A DNA stretch of 64,000 nt. Source: an uncultured Actinomycetota bacterium (GTDB lineage: Bacteria; Actinomycetota; Actinomycetes; JAHEKZ01). A program made the translations under genes and the position numbers. Positions 59,037 to 64,000 of the stretch are shown piece by piece. Under the pieces are notes generated by a model. The model did not search any database, was not told the DNA's origin, and was given only the letters and a program-made list of their open reading frames with translations. The stretch lies in assembly GCA_963829525.1 (NCBI GenBank), contig CAWHIJ010000003.1, positions 64,001 through 128,000 of the forward strand, in the 5' to 3' direction. Each line of letters starts with the position of its first letter. Position 1 is the first letter of the stretch.

Positions 59037-59822
59037 TCACCACGGGCGCGATCTTCGTGATGGGGCCTCAGAGCCGCCCACCTCGGCCTTGATCGCCTCC
59101 CGCACGGCCGGGAAGGCGTCGCTGCGTGGGTCGATCAGCTCGAAGTGGCCGCACCGCAGCTCGGTGACCCGCGTCCCCGTGTGACGGCGGGCGTAGCTGA
59201 GGCTCTGCTCGATCGGGATCAATGTGTCGGTGACACCGTGCAGCAGATGAATGCTGGCACGCGGCGTCGGCAACAGTGCTGGGTCGGCCAGGTCGTATCG
59301 GTCTGGATGCCCCTGAGGAGTTCCGCCCAGCAGGTCGTGGACCGGATTGTCGCCGTCCCCGAAAGTGCGAGACATCGCTGTGAGGTCAGCGATCGGAGCC
59401 AACGCAACCACCGCGTCCACCAGCGGCGTCGGCTCGGTCGCAGCCACCCACAGCCCCAGGTGTCCTCCGGCGCTGTGGCCGACCAGGATTCGACGAGACG
59501 CGGCCGGATGGTGCTGGACGATCCTGCGAAGACCGGTGCGGACGTCATCGAATGTGGCCGGCCATCCCCCACCTCCGCCTACGCGCCGGTACTCCAGCAG
59601 CACGACTGTCGATCCAAGCTGGGCGAGTGACGCCGCGAGCCCTCGGCAGTGCCCCCGGTCGTACTCCTGCTTCCAGAACCCACCGTGCAGCACCACGATG
59701 AGTGGTGCTGCAGGTGCTCCTGCCCAGATCTCGGCCACCTGCTCGGGGTCAGCGCCGTATGACACCACATCGGGAGGTGCGATGGACGAGCGCGACAGGA
59801 CCGACCGGTCTTCGGAGAGCAC
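59037..59822 (-). CDS. alpha/beta hydrolase (possible kynurenine formamidase)
   Basis: HGGFW, GHSAGG, GHFELIDP; 17 bp downstream of kynU. Confidence 0.85.
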   Translation of the reverse strand: MLSEDRSVLSRSSIAPPDVVSYGADPEQVAEIWAGAPAAPLIVVLHGGFWKQEYDRGHCRGLAASLAQLGSTVVLLEYRRVGGGGGWPATFDDVRTGLRRIVQHHPAASRRILVGHSAGGHLGLWVAATEPTPLVDAVVALAPIADLTAMSRTFGDGDNPVHDLLGGTPQGHPDRYDLADPALLPTPRASIHLLHGVTDTLIPIEQSLSYARRHTGTRVTELRCGHFELIDPRSDAFPAVREAIKAEVGGSEAPSRRSRPW

Positions 59823-59839
59823 GGCGAGACGTTATCGCT

Positions 59840-61093
59840 TCACGTGACGTGGTCCCGCGCAGCGCGCAGGGCGAGATGAGCTTCGGACGCAACGAGGTCT
59901 CGCAGGCGCCCCATCGCCTCCCACACCTCGGTGAACGACGTCGTGAGTGGTGCGGGGGCCAGCCTGAGCAGGTTCGGTGGTCGCGCATCACCCACGACGC
60001 CGGCAGCTGCGGCTGCGCGACTGATCCGGTAAGCCTCGTCATGGGACAGAACAACGTGACCACCGCGACGTTGCGCATCGCGCGTCGACGCAACCGAGAA
60101 ACCCAGGGGAACGAGCCAGGAGTCGGTCAGGTCAATCAAGTACTGGGTGAGGCGCATCGACTTCTCCCGCAGCCGGTGCACGCCGGCTTCCGCCAGCAGA
60201 CCGGCGCTCTCCTCCGCAGCCACGAGCCCCGGGATCGGGGGCGTTCCGGTCTGCCAACGCCCGATACCGGTGGCTGGTGTGTACGGGGCATCCATGTCGA
60301 AGGGGTCTGCCGCACTCCACCAACCCTGGATCGGGTTGGCAAGCCGGTCCTGAAGGTCGCGACGCACGTACAGAAATGCCGGGGCACCAGGACCGGCGTT
60401 GAGGTACTTATACGTACACCCGACAGCGAAATCTGCGCCGATCGCATCAAGGTCGATCGGCACCGATCCAATCGAGTGGGCCAGGTCCCACAGAACGAGG
60501 GCGCCAGCGCGGTGCGCCTGCTCGGTGAGAGCAACGACGTCGTTGATCGCCGCCGACCTGTAGTCGACGTGGGAGAAGGCAACCATGGCAACATCGTCCG
60601 CGAGGTAGGTGTGGACGTTGTCCGGGTTGACGCCGACGAGCGGATCGGTCGGCACCAGACGCAGCTGACCCTTGCGGCGCTCAGCCACCCCCTGCAGCAC
60701 ATAGCGGTCGCTCGGGAAGTTTCCGGTGTCGGTGACCAGCACCTTGCGGCCAGGCTGCGCCTCGAGTGCGGCGGCCGCGAGCTTGTAGAGGTTGACCGAG
60801 ATCGAGTCGCAGACAACCACCTGCCCCGCCGCTGCCCCGATCAGATCCCCGATCCGGTCACCGACATCCAGCGGCAGGGAATCCCAGTGCTGCCAACCCC
60901 GCACTAGCTCGCGCCCCCACTCCTCATCGATGAGCCGATGCATGCGCTCCCGAGTCGCATGCGGCAGCATGCCGAGGCTGTTGCCATCGAGATAGATCAG
61001 GTCGTCGTCAGGTCGGTAGAACTGGTCTCGGAATACCGCGAGCTCGTCGGCTGCGTCCAACTTCAGTGCCCGGTCACGGGTCAGGTCGGTCAC
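59840..61093 (-). CDS. kynU: kynureninase
   Basis: YLDGNSLG, NFPSDRY, WDLAHSIG, GCTYKYLNAGPG. Confidence 0.95.
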   Translation of the reverse strand: MTDLTRDRALKLDAADELAVFRDQFYRPDDDLIYLDGNSLGMLPHATRERMHRLIDEEWGRELVRGWQHWDSLPLDVGDRIGDLIGAAAGQVVVCDSISVNLYKLAAAALEAQPGRKVLVTDTGNFPSDRYVLQGVAERRKGQLRLVPTDPLVGVNPDNVHTYLADDVAMVAFSHVDYRSAAINDVVALTEQAHRAGALVLWDLAHSIGSVPIDLDAIGADFAVGCTYKYLNAGPGAPAFLYVRRDLQDRLANPIQGWWSAADPFDMDAPYTPATGIGRWQTGTPPIPGLVAAEESAGLLAEAGVHRLREKSMRLTQYLIDLTDSWLVPLGFSVASTRDAQRRGGHVVLSHDEAYRISRAAAAAGVVGDARPPNLLRLAPAPLTTSFTEVWEAMGRLRDLVASEAHLALRAARDHVT

Positions 61094-61096
61094 TGG

Positions 61097-61915
61097 CTAC
61101 AGCCTGGTGTGAGCTGGATCATCGGAGAGCCGCTGTGCGAAGTAGACCGGGATGATCGAGATGATGATGACAAGCGCGGCAACCACGTTCACGAGCGGTG
61201 CGACGTTGGGACGCGACAGGTTGTTGAATATCCAGATGGGGAGAGTCTCGATGCCGGCACCCGCGGTGAGCTGGGTGACGATGATTTCATCAAAGGAAAG
61301 GCCAAACGCGAGTAATGCGCCGGCCAGCAGGGCTGAGCGTATCTGGGGGAACGTCACCATGCGGAAGGTCTGAAAGGTTGAGGCACCGAGATCCATCGAT
61401 GCCTCCTCCATGCTCTGTCCCGTCCGGCGAAGACGCGCGACGACATTGTTGAAGATCACCACGATGCAGAACGTCGTGTGGCCGATCGCCACCGTCCAGA
61501 AGCCCAGCTGAATTTGGAATCCATCGGTGCTGAGCACATTGATGAAGGCGTTCTGAAGCGCCACACCGGTGACGATGCCTGGCAACGCGATCGGCAGGAC
61601 GAAGAGGAATGAGATCGAGGTTCGCCCGAACCACGTGTACCTGGCAACGGCGAACGAGATCATGGTGCCCAGAGTCAGTGCCACCACCGTGGCCAGTGAC
61701 GCCACCTTGAGCGACTCGATGATGGCGTTACGGATGCCCTCGTTGTCCACCGCCGAGGTCCACCAGTGGGTGGTGTACGACGTCGGAGGCCACGAGAAGA
61801 TGCGGCTCGTGTTGAACGAGTTGATCAGCACCAGCAACAGCGGCACATACAGAAAGCCGAGCACGATGATCAGAGATACGCGCAGAATCCAGCGCGCGCC
61901 GGGCGAGAGTGTCAT
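61097..61915 (-). CDS. polyamine-type ABC permease (PotC/YdcV-like)
   Basis: EEASMDLGA loop, SFDE, TLP. Confidence 0.92.
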   Translation of the reverse strand: MTLSPGARWILRVSLIIVLGFLYVPLLLVLINSFNTSRIFSWPPTSYTTHWWTSAVDNEGIRNAIIESLKVASLATVVALTLGTMISFAVARYTWFGRTSISFLFVLPIALPGIVTGVALQNAFINVLSTDGFQIQLGFWTVAIGHTTFCIVVIFNNVVARLRRTGQSMEEASMDLGASTFQTFRMVTFPQIRSALLAGALLAFGLSFDEIIVTQLTAGAGIETLPIWIFNNLSRPNVAPLVNVVAALVIIISIIPVYFAQRLSDDPAHTRL

Positions 61916-61919
61916 CTGA

Positions 61920-62834
61920 TCAGAGCTCCCTCAACGCGCCGGTACGTGACACGAGGAGCATGTAGATCGTGATGGTCAACACGGAGATGAGGGCAAGCGC
62001 TGCTCCCAGCGGCGTGTTTCCACCGCCCGCGATGTTGTTGTAGATCTGGTTCCCCGTCACCGTGAAGTTCGGGGCTACCAGTCGTACTGCGATGTAGTCA
62101 CCGAGCGACAGTGAGAACGTGAAGATCGAGCCGGCCGCGATCCCGGGCAAGACGATCGGGAAGACCACCGACCGGAAGGTTCGCCATGACTTGCCGCCGA
62201 GGTCACCGGATGCCTCAAGGAGAGAGTTCGGAAGCCGATCAAGCGAAGCGTAGATCGGCAAGATCATGTATGGCAGCCATAAGTAGGTCAGCGTGATGAT
62301 GACGGCGATCTGACCGAAGCCGGGGCCGCTGAGCCCAAGAGGCTTCAAGGCCCAGTCCAGCACGCCGTTCTCGCCAAGGATGCCGCGCCACGCATACGCC
62401 TTGACCAAATAGGAGGCCCAGAGCGGGACCAAAAAGGCGACGATGAGCAGTCGGCGCCCTCGTGGCTTCGCCACCTTTGCTGCGTAGAACGCGACGGGGA
62501 GGGCAAGGACCAGACACAGCAAGGTCACCGATGATGCGATCACGAGGGTGCGCACCCCGACGGTCCGGTACGCCGGGTTGGTGAATGCTTCCTTTACGTT
62601 GTCTGTGGTGAACTGACGAACGAGCTGGCTGGTGAAGGGGTCCTGCTGCCAGAACGCTGCGGCAAAGAGCAGCGCCAGCGACGCCAGGTAGATCACCACC
62701 AGCCACAACAGCGGTGCCGACAGCAACGCCGCCAGCCGAGTATGGGGGTGCCGGTGGAGGAACGCTGACGGCCGGTGGGACAGCCCCGTCTTTTGGGGCC
62801 GTTCACCGACGGTAGATTCAGCGGTAGTCATCAT
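61920..62834 (-). CDS. polyamine-type ABC permease (PotB/YdcU-like)
   Basis: PLWASYLVKAYAW, LEASGDLG, FSLSLGDY. Confidence 0.92.
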   Translation of the reverse strand: MMTTAESTVGERPQKTGLSHRPSAFLHRHPHTRLAALLSAPLLWLVVIYLASLALLFAAAFWQQDPFTSQLVRQFTTDNVKEAFTNPAYRTVGVRTLVIASSVTLLCLVLALPVAFYAAKVAKPRGRRLLIVAFLVPLWASYLVKAYAWRGILGENGVLDWALKPLGLSGPGFGQIAVIITLTYLWLPYMILPIYASLDRLPNSLLEASGDLGGKSWRTFRSVVFPIVLPGIAAGSIFTFSLSLGDYIAVRLVAPNFTVTGNQIYNNIAGGGNTPLGAALALISVLTITIYMLLVSRTGALREL

Positions 62835-62907
62835 GAGCTGTCAGACCTCACGGTCTCGGGTGTGGGTGAGGCCGGAGCCCCACCCACACCCGACTGCAAA
62901 CCCGTGC

Positions 62908-64000
62908 TCAGCCTGCTCGAACCTCGTCCCAGGCCGTCTTCCATTCTGCGTAGCTGGTGCATGTGACGTCACGCCCATCAGCGCAGTCCGGAGTTGGCGT
63001 CTCCCAGTAGTAGACGTTCTCCCAGTACGCCGCATCATTTGCGTGGTAGGTATCGCAGTGGTTCTTGTCCGAGGTCAGCGCACAGGCCTTCTCATTGGCC
63101 GGGGCTTCACCAAACCACTCCGCCACCTGCGCCTGAGGTTCCGGCGACGTGATGTAGTTGACCCACGCGTACGCACAGTTCACGTTCGGCGAGTCGTGCG
63201 CCACCATCCAGGTGTCTGACCAGCCGGTCGAACCCTCACTCGGCAGAAACGCTTTGACCGGTGTGCCCTGGTCAGCGACATAGTTGGCGTTGTACTGCCA
63301 AGTGGTCCCGAGGTAGATGCGCTCCTTGGTGAAGGACTCGATCGAGGCAAATGCATCGCTCCAGTACTCGCCAATGTTCGGCGCCTGCTGCATGAGCAGC
63401 TCTTTGGCAGCGGCCAACTGATCCTGATCCAGCGCATACGGGTTCTCGATGCCGAGATCGGGCTGTGTCGACTTCAGGTACAGCGCAGCATCAGCGATGA
63501 AGATGGGGTTGTCATAGGCGGTGATGTAGCCGGCGTAGGGACTGTCTGCCTCCCATGTGGGCGCCCACGACGTCGGAGCCGGCTTGACCTTGTCGGTGTT
63601 GTACATCAGAAGGTTCGCTCCGCGGCCGTGCGGAACGCCGTAGGCGACGCCGTCGACGGAGTTCCACGGCTTGTCCTTCAGGTCGTCGAAGATGTCGTCG
63701 TAGGTGGTCGACAGGTCAAGATTGAACGGGTCGACCAGCCCCGCGTAGATCAGGCGACGAGAGGCGTCTCCCGAAGCTGACACCACGTCGTACTGCTTCG
63801 TTCCCATTTGCTTGAAGGACTCATCTGAGGTGCCGAACGTGGTGACGGTGACGTCGCAGCCACTGTCTTGCTCGAACGGGGTCACCCAGTCCGTGTTCTT
63901 GTAGGCGGTGCCATCTTCTGCGTAGCCAGGCCAGGCGAGTACCCGAAGCTGCCCTTCGTTGGCCCCCAACTCTTGCAGCGCCGTGTAGTCCGGCGGCGTC
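62908..64000 (-). CDS. polyamine-type ABC substrate-binding protein (YdcS/PotD-like), 5' end outside the window
   Basis: LAWPGYAE, DWVTPFE, SGDAS, EGSTGWSDTW. Confidence 0.9.
   Translation of the reverse strand, partial: TPPDYTALQELGANEGQLRVLAWPGYAEDGTAYKNTDWVTPFEQDSGCDVTVTTFGTSDESFKQMGTKQYDVVSASGDASRRLIYAGLVDPFNLDLSTTYDDIFDDLKDKPWNSVDGVAYGVPHGRGANLLMYNTDKVKPAPTSWAPTWEADSPYAGYITAYDNPIFIADAALYLKSTQPDLGIENPYALDQDQLAAAKELLMQQAPNIGEYWSDAFASIESFTKERIYLGTTWQYNANYVADQGTPVKAFLPSEGSTGWSDTWMVAHDSPNVNCAYAWVNYITSPEPQAQVAEWFGEAPANEKACALTSDKNHCDTYHANDAAYWENVYYWETPTPDCADGRDVTCTSYAEWKTAWDEVRAG

Overview
High-GC actinobacterial (Actinomycetes) chromosome segment, mostly core genes in Streptomyces/Mycobacterium-like synteny: ygfZ-nur-nitrobindin, the Cys-attenuated DUF4395-cysA-sseC sulfur operon, efeU with an IdeR/DtxR iron box, glnR-mshD, ppk1-CYTH/CHAD-mutT1-pstSCAB with PHO boxes, pit, whiB, sua5, GGDEF-EAL+GNAT, a two-component system with MMPL, four tRNAs (Lys, Glu, Asp, Phe), rpfB, NlpC/P60 behind a c-di-AMP riboswitch, bldC-vdh-DUF3073-purM-purF, kynU and a polyamine-type ABC transporter. 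Several conserved genes carry single-base frameshifts that look like assembly indels. No CRISPR array, IS, integrase or rRNA was seen. The most unusual structure is at about 3960-5530: a lone AbiEi-wHTH/DUF559-like nuclease gene bracketed by 8-9 copies of a 17-bp REP-like repeat in fixed geometry, with a 22-bp tandem array and two DnaA boxes upstream. Other leads are a multi-hairpin leader before rpfB, an ECF/anti-sigma pair with a possible internal start, three small proteins missed by the ORF track, and a recurring BldM-like intergenic motif. All product calls come from motif recognition by eye; no database searches were run.
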